A DNA stretch of 63,651 nt, filler included, from Ministeria vibrans ATCC 50519 (GCA_943704425.1; 5 parts of 5 records of this genome joined end to end with filler, not necessarily neighbours in it); one strand, 5' to 3'. Numbered from the whole stretch's first letter, positions 12,505 through 25,859 are shown. The notes: generated by a model from the sequence alone, not told the origin. Program-made: numbers and translations.

Positions 12505-15025
12505 ATGAGCAGCGCGTATGCTCTGTTGGACGAGGACTCTTATGTTCCTCCGCACCTTGACGACCGTAACGGCGAGGCGTCGAGTAGTTCCGCTGCTGCC
12601 GATGTACAACCCTAACCCTAACCCTAACCCTAACCCTAACCCTCACTCTCTCTCTCTCCCTCTCCCTCACTCCTGCACACACACACACATACACACACAC
12701 CATCCCCTTGCATCTGACCCCCTTCTTCCCGCGTAGCCCATCCAGATCATTCAGCATTCCGCCCATCTGCAAGACCACAACTCGAAAGCACTGACTCCCA
12801 TCGGTTACTTTCGTCGTAACGTCCAGCGCTTCAGCGAATCCTTCCAAGTGCGCGCTGTATCCTTCATTCTTGTTCTCGTCGACACCCTCCTTGTCATCAT
12901 TGCCATTGCAGCAAAGGATGAGGTACGATTTTTTGAAAAAAAAAAAACGTTTTTCAGGTGTCACTGTTCTCTCTCCCTCTCTCTCTCTCTCTCTGTCTGT
13001 CTGTCACACCCTCCCCCTGTTTGTCACGCGGGCTCCCCTGCCACTGTGTTTCCCGTCGCACTCCCGAATCTGCGTCTCATCCGCTGTTACAACAACTCCC
13101 AACGCAATCACTTCTCATTTGGTTACTCACTTTCTGTCTGTCTCTCTCTCTCTCTGTCCGTCTCAGGTAAACGAAGACGCCATCAACGTCATCTCGAACA
13201 TGATCCTCGCCTGGTTCGCTGTCGACGTGTGTCTCCGTGTGTTCGTGCAACAAGCAGCGTATTTCTTCAATGTTCTTAACGTACGTTTCTCAATCGCACC
13301 TGTGATTCAAACCGGTTTTTTTTAATGCATCTCCTCAGATTCTCGATATTGTATTGGTCATCGTCGCAACCACTCTGGAAGTGGTCGGCGACGACTCTCG
13401 CGAATTCACTCTCGCGCGTCTCTCGCGTCTCCTCTTTCTCATCCGTCTCATCCACGAACAGCTCTCTATGCAAAAAGCAGGTAAACGCACAAGAATACGT
13501 AGTAATATTATTATTATTATTATTAATTGTATGAAAATGTGCACTAGCGCGACGATTGGTATCGACAAACAAACGGCGGTTCCAACAGGACGGTTTTGAC
13601 CTCGACGTCACGTACATTACGGACTCCATTCTGGCGATGAGTTTCCCGTCGTCGGGTCGCATGAGTACCTACCGCAATCCCATTGAATCGGTTGCGCGCT
13701 TTCTGGACCACTACCATAACGGCCATTTCCGTGTATATAACTTGTGCAGTACGTCAAAACGGTTGTGATTGTGTTGTTTTGTGTGTTAAGCTTTGTGTGT
13801 GTTTTTTTTTGTAGGTGAAAGGAGATACCCAACAGAGTATTTTCATAATCAAGTGGAGTGTATTGGAGTGGGTAAGTGACATGCGCCCACCCACGCACAC
13901 ACTTGCACACTTTTTCTCTCTTACTCTCTTTCTCTTTCTTTCTCTTTTTTTTCTCTCCCTCTTTTCTCTTTGCGGCTCTAGACGACCATAACTGTCCGAC
14001 TATGCGACAATTGAGCGATGCTATTGAGTCGATTCAGTCGTGGCTCAGTGCCGACTCAGCCAATGTTGCAGTAATACACTGCAAAGGCGGGAAGGGTCGC
14101 ACCGGCTGTCTTGTCAGTGCCTATCTCGTTTACGCAGGTACATATACCTTCCGACGCGCTCCAAAGACAAGTGTCACTCTAATCCTAACCATAATGACAA
14201 GTACAACTCTAATGGCAACCCTACTGTCTGATGTTTAGGTATCTGCCCCACTGCCACGGCTGCTCTAGAGTACTTTGGCTCGCGCAGAACAGACTATGCG
14301 CTAGGCACCAAATTCCAAGGCGTAGAGACGCCCAGTCAGAGTAGATACGCTAGTTTCATCGAGCAAATGGCCCGTTCTGGCGCCCAGTCTCTCTTTCCCA
14401 GTATAACTCATTTCCTCAAAACAACCCCCCACTCTCCCTCGATTGATCACTCATCCTTTTCTATTTTTTTTTTACTCTATTTTGTGCAGAACCGGTGACA
14501 AAACGACTCGTGACAGTCCGAGTGTTTGACATTGCCCGTCTGGGCAACAAAGACATGTCAGACCTGCGCTTTGAAGTGCGTGACGGAGGTACATACGACT
14601 TCACACACTCGTTGATTGACTGACTCACTCTCTCACTTACTTACTTACTTACTTTCTCATTCTATGAGCAGACTCACGGGCAGTGCTGTTTGCGTCGTCG
14701 GATGACACCCCTCAGACGACCACAAACGCCCATCTCACCTGGTCTCTCGCTGCCAATCCCGTTCCAATCTCTTCTGACTTTAAGATCAAGTTTTGGGGCG
14801 CTGATCTCCCTATCAAATATGACCATTGTGCCTTCTACTTTTGGTACAACACCGCGTTTATTGAGGACAATCGGCTGTATCTTGACCGCTCTCAACTTGA
14901 CAACCCGCACAAGGTACGCACGACAACCCCTAACCCTAAATTTAACTGGTTTGCCGTAGCCTGCTCGCTGGCACTGGTACCCTTCTGGCTTTGCTGTCGA
15001 GTGTCTCTTTGAAGAAGAACTTTGA
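12505..15025 (+). CDS. TPTE: Voltage-sensing phosphatase (VSP/TPTE family): voltage-sensor TM domain + PTEN-like phosphatase + C2
   Basis: TM exons; S4 [18 protein letters not shown]; linker [24 protein letters not shown]; active site [11 protein letters not shown] (VSP type rather than PTEN HCKAGKGR); [10 protein letters not shown]; C2 [10 protein letters not shown]...LDNPHK. Confidence 0.9.
12608..12643 (+). repeat. Intronic (AACCCT)6 telomere-type repeat
   Basis: Six perfect copies right after the first VSP donor site. Confidence 0.9.
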
Positions 15026-15254
15026 CTCCCTTACCCTATCTCCCTTAATCTTAATGCACTTCACACACAACTTTATCATCAAACATTTCAACTTTATCTA
15101 AAAGTACGAGTTACCTGGTTTATGATTCGCCTGAAATTAGAGGTATGCATGCAAATGCATTGTAGTCTGGTCTGTTACTCTGACAATTTTTGACTTTCTT
15201 TGCTTTTTCACTTTGATGAGTTTGATTACAAAATAAGACATAATATTTTCTCAA

Positions 15255-18200
15255 ATGCGGAAAGCGACAACCAATCCAAGCGGTCTCGGGTCTGAGCAGA
15301 AGAAGGAGGCCGCTGGTGGCCAAGCGGAGACGTCCAGGCTCGCGTTTGAAGAAGACTATCTGGAAGGGTTCGCTGCACTTTGTTTGTCTCTCTCCTTCTC
15401 ATCCACGGTCCTTTTTCTTCGCTCTTGGCGTGCCCCCGTCCTTCTCGCTTGTCTAGGTGGCTTCAGAAGTGGACAAACTACATGAAAGGATACGTGAGTG
15501 CGCCTACAACTCGTTTGATCATCCAATCGTGTCTTTTCTCTCTCCCTCTCTCTCTCTCTCCTCTCCATTTCCGCCTGCCAGCTGCCCCTCCCTCACGGCG
15601 TGTGTTGGTGAATTCCCATGTTGCACTCTCTCCCTTCCCTCCTGTGTCGTGTTGCGTATCGCTTCTCTCTTTTTGATTCGTTCGTTTTGCATCGCTCTCT
15701 CTGAACTGAACCACAACGCAATCCACTCAAATGACGCAAAACGCTCTCCTTCAAAGCATGCCCTCCAGCGTGGTCCGTTTGCTCTCACTATGCATCGTGG
15801 GAACAACGAGTGTGTTCCGACTGTTGTTTCTGCGTGTGATTCAAATGATGGCGCAACACCCGATGTTTGTATCTCTCTCTTTATCACTCTCTATCACTTC
15901 GTTTCTCGATCACTTTGTTTCTCTACCACTTTGTTTCTCTATCACTTTGTTTCTCTCTCTATCACTTTGTTTCTCTCTCTATTACTTTGTTTCTCTCTCT
16001 ATCACTCTCTATCACTTTGTTTCTCTCTCTATCACTCTCTATCACTTTGTTTCTCTCTCTATCCCTTTGTTTCTCTCTCTATCACTTTGTTTCTCTTTTT
16101 CACTTTGTTTCTGACTCCCTCCTTTCTCTTTCTCTCTACTCTGTTTCTCTCACTATCATCTTGTTCTATCACTCTGTTTCTCTTTATCACTTTGTTTCTG
16201 ACTCCCTCCTTTCTCTTTCTCTCTCCTAGCGTATGCGTTGGTTTGTTCTCAAAAACGGCCACCTCATGTACTATCGATCCAAAGAAGAGATTGGTCACAC
16301 GTGCCGGGGCACCATCAACATTGCGGGATCGCAGGTGTACGTCGGAGAGGACAAAACGTCCATTGTGGTTTCGACGGGCGCACAACAGTTTCACATGCGT
16401 GCCATCAGTGACAAGGACAAGACCATGTGGTTAGCGGCCCTTGAGCGGGCGCGGTCGTTTCGAGTACGCGATCATCAGGTCAAGAAAAGAAATTAAACTG
16501 CATTTGATAGGAACGCAACAACAATGTCCAGTGCGCTCCTCCCATGTTGCATCCCAGCACCTCAACCACGTCCTCGATCAGCCCGTTTTCCTGTAAGCGT
16601 TCCTTTTTTCATGCGTATTGGGTTCTGATGCGTTACTTTCAGCGTCTACCGCTGGCTCGTCCGTCTCCAGTGCGACTGCGCGTGTGGCTGCGCCCGCTGC
16701 TCCCCCGCGCGGCATTACAGGTGGCAAGGGCAAGAGCACAACCACGTTGCGCCAACAACAGAAGCCAGTGCAGCTGCGTCGTGAAAAGGAAGACGATCTG
16801 GGATCGTCGTCGGACGAGGGGTCCGAAGACGAACTCGACAGTGAAGCAGTTGATGAAGAGTCCACCAAAGCAGTCAATGAGGTATCGCTCTTTATCACTT
16901 CGCGTATCACTACTTTGTTTCTTTCTCCCTTTTTACTCCCTTATTTCTCTCGCAATATTACTTGATTTCTTCATCTCTCTGTCTCTCTCATCGCTTTTTT
17001 TTTGTTTCCTCCTCCCCCCTCTCTAAATGTTGTCAATTGTAGACACTGCATGAGTTGCGCACGTGCAACACACTGATGATGAAGGAGGCATCGGCATTAC
17101 AGCGACAGTTGGGTGAGATTCCTGTGGAAGTGTTGCAGGATCGGCCGCAGTTGAGCGAGGCGTTTGACAGTGCTATGCTCTTCCGGATCACTGCGCTTGC
17201 AATGGTGCAGGCGGCAGACAAGTTTTTGGGGAGCGCACAGCGTCGTGAGGCGTCGTATCGACTGGCATTGGAGTCGGAGCGACGTCGACGTGTCAAGGTG
17301 GAGAAGACATTGGAGGAGCTTGCACGGCAGAACATGTCACTGGAGCGACGAGCAACCATTGCTGCGGCAAAACGAGCTAGCATAATGCTGCCGACTGCTG
17401 AGGGTGACACAGGTGTGGGTGCACATGTCGGTGGTGTTGGCGTGGAAGGCGATGAAGACGATGATGACGAGTTTTACGATGCTGAGGATGACCCAATGCA
17501 GGAGTACGATTCGGCTCCACCATCCTTGGCCACCACTGCTGCCGCCGCTGCTGCTGCCGCCGCCGCTGCTGCTGCTGCTACTGCTGCTGTAGTGTCTGTG
17601 GATGGTGCAACGGAGGACGAAAGTTTTGTGGAAGGCGATGAGGCATCGACTTCGACAGAAGCCACGTCGACTGCTCCCACCGGTGCGAGTGCGTCGACGA
17701 CATTGGTGCGCAAGCAACGTCGCACACGTATTCCCGACAAACCCAACAAGAAACACTCGTTGTGGGCCGTCATGAAAAATTGCATTGGAAAGGACCTCAG
17801 CAAAATTCCCATGCCTGTCTTCTTCAACGAAGTATCCGATTCTCGACGAGAGATTGATCGCATAATACTCAACATAATTATCTTTTTAGCCTGTGTCGTT
17901 TTTGCAGCGATTGTGTGAAGATCTGGAGTACTCTGAGTTGATTGACAAGGCGTGTACGCTGAGTACATCGCAGGAGCGGATGGCTTACGTGGCTGCATTC
18001 ACTCTGTCGTCGTACGCCGAGACAACCACACGCACGGGGAAGCCGTTCAATCCCATTCTGGGCGAGACATACGAGTTGGATGTGAGGGACTGGAAAGGCT
18101 GGCGTTGTGTCACGGAGCAGGTAATATCAAAGTTGTATGGCCTTGTTGTACTCTTGCTTTGGAAAGAACGCATTACACTGGTTCTTTTCTGACACTTACC

Positions 18201-19416
18201 TCTTTACTCGCTGACACTTACTTTTCTACTTGCGCCAGGTGTCTCACCACCCGCCCATCAGCGCACAGCACGCCGAGCGGGAAGGCAAATGGACAATGCG
18301 CCAGGAGTTTAGCATGAAGAGCAAGTTCCGTGGCAAGTATCTCCAAATCATCCCAACGGGCGTTGCAGTGCTTCACTTGCATGAAAGTGGCGATGTGTAC
18401 TCGTGGCGCAAAGTCACGACGACCATCCACAACATTATAGTGGGCAAATTGTGGATTGATCAAAGTGGCGAAATGACCATTACCAATCACACTACGGGCG
18501 ACACGTGTGAGCTCAAGTACTTCGCGTACTCGTACTTCTCGCGAGATAAGCCAAGAAGGGTCACGGGATCAGTACGTGATGCAAGAGGAACTGTAAGAGA
18601 AGAAACTTGAGACAGAGAGAAAAAAATGAATGACATGAGAGAGAACTCGAGAGTGGAGTAGCCTATGGATTGTGGGCTATTTTTATGTGTATCTCATTTA
18701 TTGAGTATATGGGCGAGTCTCTTCATGATGCGTTGACTGAATATGGTTGTGTCCGTGTAACTCTTGGACGCTCTGCGCCTTTGCCTCACTCGAGTTACTT
18801 TTTTTTAATGTTCGTGCAGGAGCACTACCGACTGACTGGCTGGTGGGATGAGAGCATGTCAATGAAACCAGCAGACGACCCAGACGCACCCGAAACAGTC
18901 CTCTGGGAGCGCACAGTACCAATTTCACTCTTTTTTTGTTTTCTCAGTTTTAAAGGGGGGATTTTGTCGTCTTTTTAGCCATTGCCGGCCGAGTCTGCGC
19001 AAATGTACGGGTACACACACTTTGCGTGCATTTTGAACGAGGAAGACGAGACAGTGCCACAGTCGGACTCACGACGGAGGACAGACCAGCGGATGATGGA
19101 GAATGGGCAGTGGGAGGAGGCCAATGTGGAGAAGGTGCGTCTGGAGGAGAAGCAGAGGGCCGCACGCAAGGCTCGCGAGGGAAAGGGGTAAGCTTTTTCT
19201 TCACACAAACGACTCACTGACACCCTCATTACCCTCACTCACTACTGGACTCTTGTCTCTCTTCATCTTTTTTACTCGATTGTTAGTGAGCTGTGGAAAG
19301 CCCGTTGGTTTGACAATCGTGTTGACGATGCGACTGGAAACAAAATGTGGATTCTCTCCGATGACTATTGGACTGCTCGTGACACCGACCCGTCAAAGTT
19401 TCCTGATATTTTCTGA
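15255..19416 (+). CDS. OSBP: Oxysterol-binding protein (PH - coiled coil - FFAT - ORD)
   Basis: PH GWLQKWTNYMKGY|RMRWFVLKNG; FFAT EFYDAE; ORD LWAVMKNCIGKDLSKIPMPVFFNE, KPFNPILGETYE, EQVSHHPP, DSRRRTDQR, EKVRLEEKQR; ends FPDIF. Confidence 0.95.
15871..16229 (+). repeat. Intronic pyrimidine-rich minisatellite (ATCACTTTGTTTCTCTCTCT-type units)
   Basis: Many imperfect tandem copies in OSBP intron 2; the same unit recurs in other introns. Confidence 0.85.
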
Positions 19417-19756
19417 ACACATTCTTTCGTTTTTTCTTGCGTTTTTCAATGGAGCAATGCATTCGTTTAAATTTGATACTATCATGTGGTTCCCTGATGC
19501 GTCGCAGCTCAGTTTGACACCGAGTCGGTGGATCGGTGATACAATCGCGCAGGGATTCTTTAGATTGGTCAAAAGCTGTGTTGTCGGTGGTTGCAGCAAA
19601 AACGACGCCAGCAAAAAGATACAACTTGATAATAATAATAGTACTAATAATTATTATTGTTATTTTTTATTATTATTGTTATTATTATTATTGTTATTAT
19701 TAGTATTATTAATTTTATGGTCATCATTTTCCTCATAACTACATTTACAATTATTT

Positions 19757-21519
19757 TCATTCGTCCATCTCAAACATGGTATCAGCAGCAGTGGCCCCCA
19801 GCATGAGGTCTTCCACAATCCCCTCGGGATCATCATCATCATCGTCATCCTCTCCGTCCGTGCTCACACTACTTCCAATGTTATCTTTGTTCTTTCTTTT
19901 GCGATTCTTCAGCTGGGCTTCCTGTTCATCAGGATGCGACACTCGCAATGACTCTTCCAGTTGCGAGCTCAGCAGATCAAGTCCAGCACGCACAGTGGAA
20001 AAGCGATCGAGGTCAGATTCCGCCTGCACAATAGACTGCGTCATAGCGGAAGTGCTGCTGGTGACATTGGAGGGAGACGTGACGGAGGCGCGCAGTGAGA
20101 CGGTGGATGCGGCAAAGGGATCTGAAGTGGGACTGATTTGACAGGCGGTGACAAACTGAGAGAGGTCGTCGGCTGATTTGGTGGCATTGTAGGGGGAGGA
20201 AGAGGCAGAGCGAGCCATATAGGCGATGTCGGTGGTGGCACGGGGGCGGGACGAGGAGGTGCTGTGAGATGGAGACTGGAGTGTGTGGGAGCGAGGACGG
20301 GTGGGAGATGGGGGTGAGTGGATGGCAGCGGGGGGAGAGACGATGTGGAAGGACGGGGGAAGGGAGTTGCGAAAGGAGGCGGAGCGGGGAATTTGGACGG
20401 GAGACGCCTGTGAAGGATGAGAGTGGTGATGGGAAGAAGAGGAGGAGGGTGACTGGATGGGAACGGGGCTGGTCGTATTGGGGTTGATGCTGGCGAAGTG
20501 GTTCGTGTGAGCGTTTGCGGGTGATTCGCGATCACCCAAGTCAATGCTCAGTGCGTCTAGATACGAACTGGTGACCGAGATGCGCCCGTACGGCGTCACT
20601 ATGCTGCCGACGGTTGTGGTCTTCATTCCCTCGACCACCGGCAGCATGTCGTTGATGATGCTGTACGTCACTCGCACATCGGACGATCGGTTCAGAGAGC
20701 ACTTGAGAGAAACAAAATTCATTAATATTTTTACTTTTTCATTATTTTGCTTACCTTTTGAGCGGCGCGGTGGCCTGGTGCAATAAGAGTGTAGACCATA
20801 GTAGACCGAACGAGAGTGATGAGTCGCTTGTACAGCTCCAGATACTCAATGGGCCCTCTGTCACATATTCGTTTCGGGTGATCAGCAGAGAGCCAAACAA
20901 AAAAAATCAATGGACTTACTTGGCACTCTTATCAATGAGAATGGTCCAGTGCTCAATGACGATGCGGTCGACAGACGGAAGCGAGTCGCCGCGATGCTGG
21001 AAAATGGTGTGGCCGTGACTGGAGACGACTGCCTGCTGGTGGGCGCCAATGCGCGACACATCCAGCGCCACCTCGATCGTCATGGGCTGCAGCAGGTCCG
21101 ACTTCCACGGCCGCGTGCCCTCTCGCACAGACTTGTCGTCGGGAATCATTAGGTTGAACTAAGAGAGCAGAGAGTGTGACTTTCCGTCGTCTCCAGTCGA
21201 CTGTGCTTTATTTCGTACCCAGTGCGTTCTTGAAGGGTCCTCGAGGCTCGCGTCCGTGGGCCGGCCTATCCTGCTTTGAACAATGACCTGCGCCAGCTAA
21301 ACAAACGCCCCAAAGCGCAGCAGTTTAGCGACAAACGCGAAAAGTTCAACGGAAAAAAAAAACGACATTGAAAAGAAGAAAGAAAAGGTCAAACGAAAAA
21401 CGACGTGGTTGTAGTCGCAATGCGAAGCGTAATGCAGCAAGGAAAGGGGGAGGGGGAGAAGTAGAACAGAGGCAGCAAACCTTATCAAACATATGGTGAA
21501 GAACTCTCTCCGTGTCCAT
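19757..21519 (-). CDS. ATG13: Autophagy protein Atg13 (N-terminal HORMA domain + disordered S/P-rich tail)
   Basis: Spliced N-terminus MDTERVLHHMFDK|LAQVIVQSR...HW|FNLMIPD, IVIEHWTI, VGSIVTPYGRISVTSSY; DDLSQFV in the tail. Confidence 0.82.
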
Positions 21520-21727
21520 CGCGAATGGGTGTTGTGGAGGGGAGGGCGATGCAGTTCAGAGGCGGTGCGAGCGGTCCGTGGTACTGCGGACGACTGTGGA
21601 GGGTCGCGGAGGTAATGCGAAAGAAAAAATGACTGATCACTAAAATCGAATGTTTGTTTCAGTTTGTTAAAACGCTGATCCACTCATTTCACTCAATATC
21701 GAATCCGATCGATTAGTTGCTTCGCCA

Positions 21728-22201
21728 TGGGGCTGACTGTGGTGCAAACGGTGTTTCTGGTTTACTTCATCACCGTACCCGCCTTCCCCTCCACGCCCCC
21801 TCTACGCGCCTCTCACTGTCGCCCTCTTCCTGCAGCACATTCCTATCACTATTTTCATTGACTCTCAAGCAGTGTTGCCCGTTGAAAAGGTACAAATGAG
21901 GCTGAGAATGTGATTTGAATAACACTTTTGCAGTTTCCCCAATTCGCTCGCGATCTCGGGACGTTCTACCAGACCCAGTACAATGACAAGTACATGGCGG
22001 CACCAGAGAAGTTTCCCTGGTTTCAAGCAATGGTCTATGTCGAAGTAAGCGGAATTGAGTGAGAAGAAAGGAAGTGCGCCACTCACTCCTTGTCTCTCTT
22101 TCTTCTGTCGCTTGCTTTGATCGCTTTGTTCGATCCTTTTGTTTGATCCTTTTGTTTGATCACTCCTCACTTTGTTTCTCTCTCTCTCTCTCTCTATCGC
22201 T

Positions 22202-22267
<66 letters not shown>

Positions 22268-22701
22268 ATCTCTTTCTCTCTCTGTATCTCTGTTTCTCTC
22301 TCTTTATCACTTTGTTACTCCCTCCTTTCTCTGTGTGTGTGTTCCTTTCATCCTCCTTTCTCTATCTCTCTCTGTTTCTTTCTTTCTCCTTTCTCTCTCT
22401 CTCTCTCTCATTTTAGCTCTTTCTGCAATTCCCATTCTTCATCTACGCCACAATCTGTTTCTTGCGCCAAAAGAACAGCGATCTCTTCCGTTCGCTGAGC
22501 ATTGCCTATGGCGCGCACGTCAGCACAATTGTCTTTGTGATTCTCTTTGACATGTTCAAAGACCCTGAGCTGTCCAGTGCCGACTTCCAGGCGCTCTTGC
22601 CTCTCTACCTGCCCTACTTTGCCGTCCCTCTGCTGCTCATGCTCTACTGCATCCTCTACCCTCGTCCATTTGCCCCGAGCACTGCCAAGAAGACTCAATG
22701 A
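21728..22701 (+). CDS. TMEM97: TMEM97/sigma-2 receptor (EXPERA domain)
   Basis: Spliced VYFIT|HIPITIFIDSQAVLP, YNDKYM, WFQAMVYVE|LFLQFPFF, YGAHVST, YLPYFAVP; C-terminal KKTQ di-lysine. Confidence 0.88.
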
Positions 22702-23088
22702 AGACCTAGTGACTGACTGTATGACACTCCACGTGTCTCGTCCAATCGTTCTTTAATATTCTCGCACATACGCTCTCCCTTAATCTCATATTATACATCG
22801 TATTATTTGAATAATTTGATCGTAAATTCGTAATCACTAATCTTGTTTCTTTCTTACCTTTCTTTGGAGTACAGCGAACAGAGCCCGTGCGTGTGCACTG
22901 TTGTCCAAGGCCATACACCCGTGATCCCCGTACGCTCCCTTCGCTTTAAACTTCGTTTGTGTCTGAATTCGACTCAAAGCATATTTTGATGATTTTGGGA
23001 CGAAGAAAAAAAAATATGTTTTGTTGTCAAACGCAAAAATGACTCAGTCAATTGCGGCTGTTGTGTGCGAGACGGAGGCGTGTGACGC

Positions 23089-23188
23089 NNNNNNNNNNNN
23101 NNNNNNNNNNNNNNNNNNNNNNNNNNNNNNNNTTAATTAATTAANNNNNNNNNNNNNNNNNNNNNNNNNNNNNNNNNNNNNNNNNNNN
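23089..23188. other. Artificial contig-joining spacer (N-TTAATTAATTAA-N)
   Basis: Identical 100-nt spacer with stops in all frames; occurs four times in the window. Confidence 0.97.
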
Positions 23189-23523
23189 GAGGCGGCGGGG
23201 GCGGCGAGGGGCGGGGGCGCAGTGTGGTCGGTGAAACGATATTCGATGGGTGGCGGGTTTGTCGGCGGCTGCGGCACGGGTGCGGCGACGGCATCGTCGT
23301 AGCGATGGTGCGGACGCACGCTGGGGAATCTGGCGTGATCCTGACCAAAGCGATACTCTTGTTGAGTCGGCTCGTTGATGAAATTGGGATTCCGACGTCG
23401 CCCTTTGCGCGCCCTTTTCAACGGAGGGAGCGACGGCGCTCTCTCAGGAGGGGCGGCAGCGGCAGCAGCAGTGGCGCTGGCCAGCGAGAGGATCTCGGAG
23501 GGAAGGAGCTCGCCTTCCTCCAT
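23189..23523 (-). CDS. 5' fragment of a hypothetical Pro-rich protein with a basic NLS-like patch, cut by the contig end
   Basis: GC-rich ORF MEEGELLPSE...LKRARKGRRR running into the N spacer. Confidence 0.55.
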
Positions 23524-23791
23524 GCGAAGAAAAAGAAGTAGTGAGAACTGATCACTTTTGCTTTCTCATTGGTGGTGATTCACACACAGATTTAGTGCAG
23601 GTGTCAGCTACTGACAGCCCCGGGTCTCAGGCCACCGTCAGGTGATTCAGGTCATAATGTCAATTAGATTACAGGCGAGGTGCGGTATATGATAGAATCG
23701 TTGCTGATTTATAAAGTAGTTCTAACTCAAGACTCAAGTTATCATGAATAATTCATTATTCAATTATAATATTTTTTTGTGTATATATTCG

Positions 23792-24413
23792 ATGAGTTCT
23801 GCCGCAGAAGAGATTGTCCAGATAGTAGACGAGAACAACGTCGAGACGGAGGCGGTGGTGCGGTCGAGAATGCGCCGTGAGAACCTGCTGCATCGCTCCA
23901 CCTTTATGTTTGTGTTTTTGGGCTCTGAGGACGAGCAGAAGCTGATTGTGCAGAAGCGCACGCTGACCAAGGATTGCTCACCAGGTGCCTTTGACGTGTG
24001 CACGGGTGGAACAGTGCAAGCGGGCGAGCCGTACGATTTGGTAGGGAGAGGCGCTGTGTGTGATGTGTGTGATGTGATGTGACTTGCTTGACCCAACGCC
24101 TCTCCTCGACGTCCGTTGCGCGCAGAATGCCAAACGAGAGCTTGAAGAAGAGCTTGGAATTCCCAGGGACCGGGTGACGTGGCGACATTTGTTTGACGAA
24201 AAATTTGAGAGCGAACGAACGAGAGTGTGGGGGCGAGTGTACGCTTGTGAGTATGGCGGACGGCTCGACGAGCTGGTGCTGCAGCCGGAGGAGGTTGACT
24301 CGGTGTCTGTGATGACAGTCAGCGACGCTCTGGAGCGCGCTGCGACGGGCAAAGAGGATTTCTCGCCAGACTCAGTCGCAATGCTCAAGCGCTATGTACG
24401 CGAGCGGAAGTGA
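23792..24413 (+). CDS. Nudix hydrolase, YfcD / IPP-isomerase-like subfamily (one intron)
   Basis: IVDENN...RSRMRRENLLHRSTFMFVF, QKRTLTKDCSPGAFDVCTGG; Nudix box GGTVQAGEPYDL|NAKRELEEELGI; LQPEEVD. Confidence 0.85.
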
Positions 24414-24706
24414 GAAGGAAGCGGGCCACATTCGCGTCACTGCGCGGAAGACATCTCGTATAGCGTATACATAATACATCTGGCTCTGTTTCACGTGTAC
24501 TCCTCAACAAACGAAGCAAATAGTTATAATTGAAGCCTCTCCTTCACACTCATTGATGTTATTAAAAGTGTATTACAAAAAGTACAAAAATCCAGTGCGA
24601 TGTGGGGGCCGTTTCTCGAGTGTCGGTGTGTGTGTGTGTGTGTGTGTGTGCATGTCAATCTGTCAATGAGGCAGAAGGTGTGTGGAAGACACAGTGGGGG
24701 GTTGGA

Positions 24707-25230
24707 TCATAGGAGAAATCTTGCAATGGCGGGAACAGTCGTGAGAGTGATTGCCACTGCACAAAGACAAGAAAGGAAAGAACGAATGCGTATGATAAAA
24801 AAATGTCATTCTGGATGCACGGGTGGTGTACCTCGTATGGGCCCTGTGAGTGTAGTTAGAACGTAGGCGGCGGCAAGGGATCCGCCCTGATGGACTTTTT
24901 CCATGGTCGATGGACTGGCGCCGAGACGGTGTCCCAGCGACACCAGGTCGACGTTGGACTCAAGCGCTTGGTAGAAGCCGCCGAGGGTTGCGGTCCACAC
25001 CATGCCGTGCCAGACGACGGCGATGGGACCATATTTTTTGATGAGTGTCTGAACAAAGAAAAGGTCTGCGTGTCTTATTCTCTTCACTTTCATTGCCTCA
25101 TCTACACATCGCTTACCATGTATCGCGAGTGAGAGTCACTCAAAGTACCCAAACCACGTCCGCGTGGCAGCTGGGCCGAGGCAAGGCGGCCCAGAGAGCG
25201 AGGAGACGCAATGAGAAGTCGAGTGATCAT
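24707..25230 (-). CDS. DUF1279/FAM210-like mitochondrial membrane protein, copy 1
   Basis: Arg/Ser/Leu-rich presequence MITRLLIASPRS..., then LIKKYGPIAVVWHG, LAAAYVLTTLTGPIR|VAITLTTVPAIAR. Confidence 0.8.
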
Positions 25231-25658
25231 GAAAGTGCAAACACGTTTCCGACGTCGGCGCCACTCAGCGGGTTAGGAGAAGGGGTAAATGGCAATGCGT
25301 GGGCAGTGAGTAATGAGCAATGGAGCAATGAATAATGAGAAAAGTCAAAAGAAAGAAAAAAGTGCTCTCGTGTTAAAAGATCTTTCAGGCAGTGACTCAG
25401 TCTCTCTGGCAAAGATGACAGTTTAATGTTGATAGCCGATAGGTGAGTGGGATTCAAAGCATTGGCGTGAATCGCGTCCGAGAACTTCCATTTCTAAGAC
25501 ATTGTCATATTTTGTGTTTAAATGTGTTACAACATTGTTATGTCAAGCGCGCATTCCGGGCTGTTCCGCGCTCCAGCGGCCACCACTGCATACTGCGTCG
25601 TGCGTGGGGCAAGTCCCAGTCGAGAAGGGCGGTGTTTCTCTTTCAGCCGGGCCAATGA

Positions 25659-25859
25659 TTATTTCTTCCCTCGAAACACCCTTTGAAACAGTTCCATCGG
25701 CGAGGCATTTGCTTCGACATTGACATAAGGGTGGGGGCGATGGCCACGGAGGTCGTCGATAACGCGCAAAATGGCATCGCGCGACAGGGTAGCGGTGCGA
25801 CGGCGTTCGATGTCGACGGCGCGACTGAATGCGGGGATGGCACGCGCCGCTCGCTTCAT
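25659..25859 (-). CDS. Possible small 66-aa basic protein, divergent from XRCC2
   Basis: GC-rich ORF MKRAARAIPAFSRAV... bounded by an AT-rich upstream region; no recognised family. Confidence 0.4.
   Translation of the reverse strand: MKRAARAIPAFSRAVDIERRRTATLSRDAILRVIDDLRGHRPHPYVNVEANASPMELFQRVFRGKK

Noticed and set aside
12608-12643. A true chromosome end
   Set aside because: Only six units, inside an intron of an intact gene.
15457-16434. ORF-track proteins rich in SLSLSL or ERERER (also ~22059-22550, 30543-31226, 53102-53344, 55854-57095)
   Set aside because: Read-through of (CT)n/(AG)n intronic repeats; only the embedded exons are real.
25500-25859. Stop-codon reassignment or read-through after the 66-aa ORF
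   Set aside because: Conserved genes in the window end at TAA, TAG or TGA at the expected positions and show no in-frame stops.
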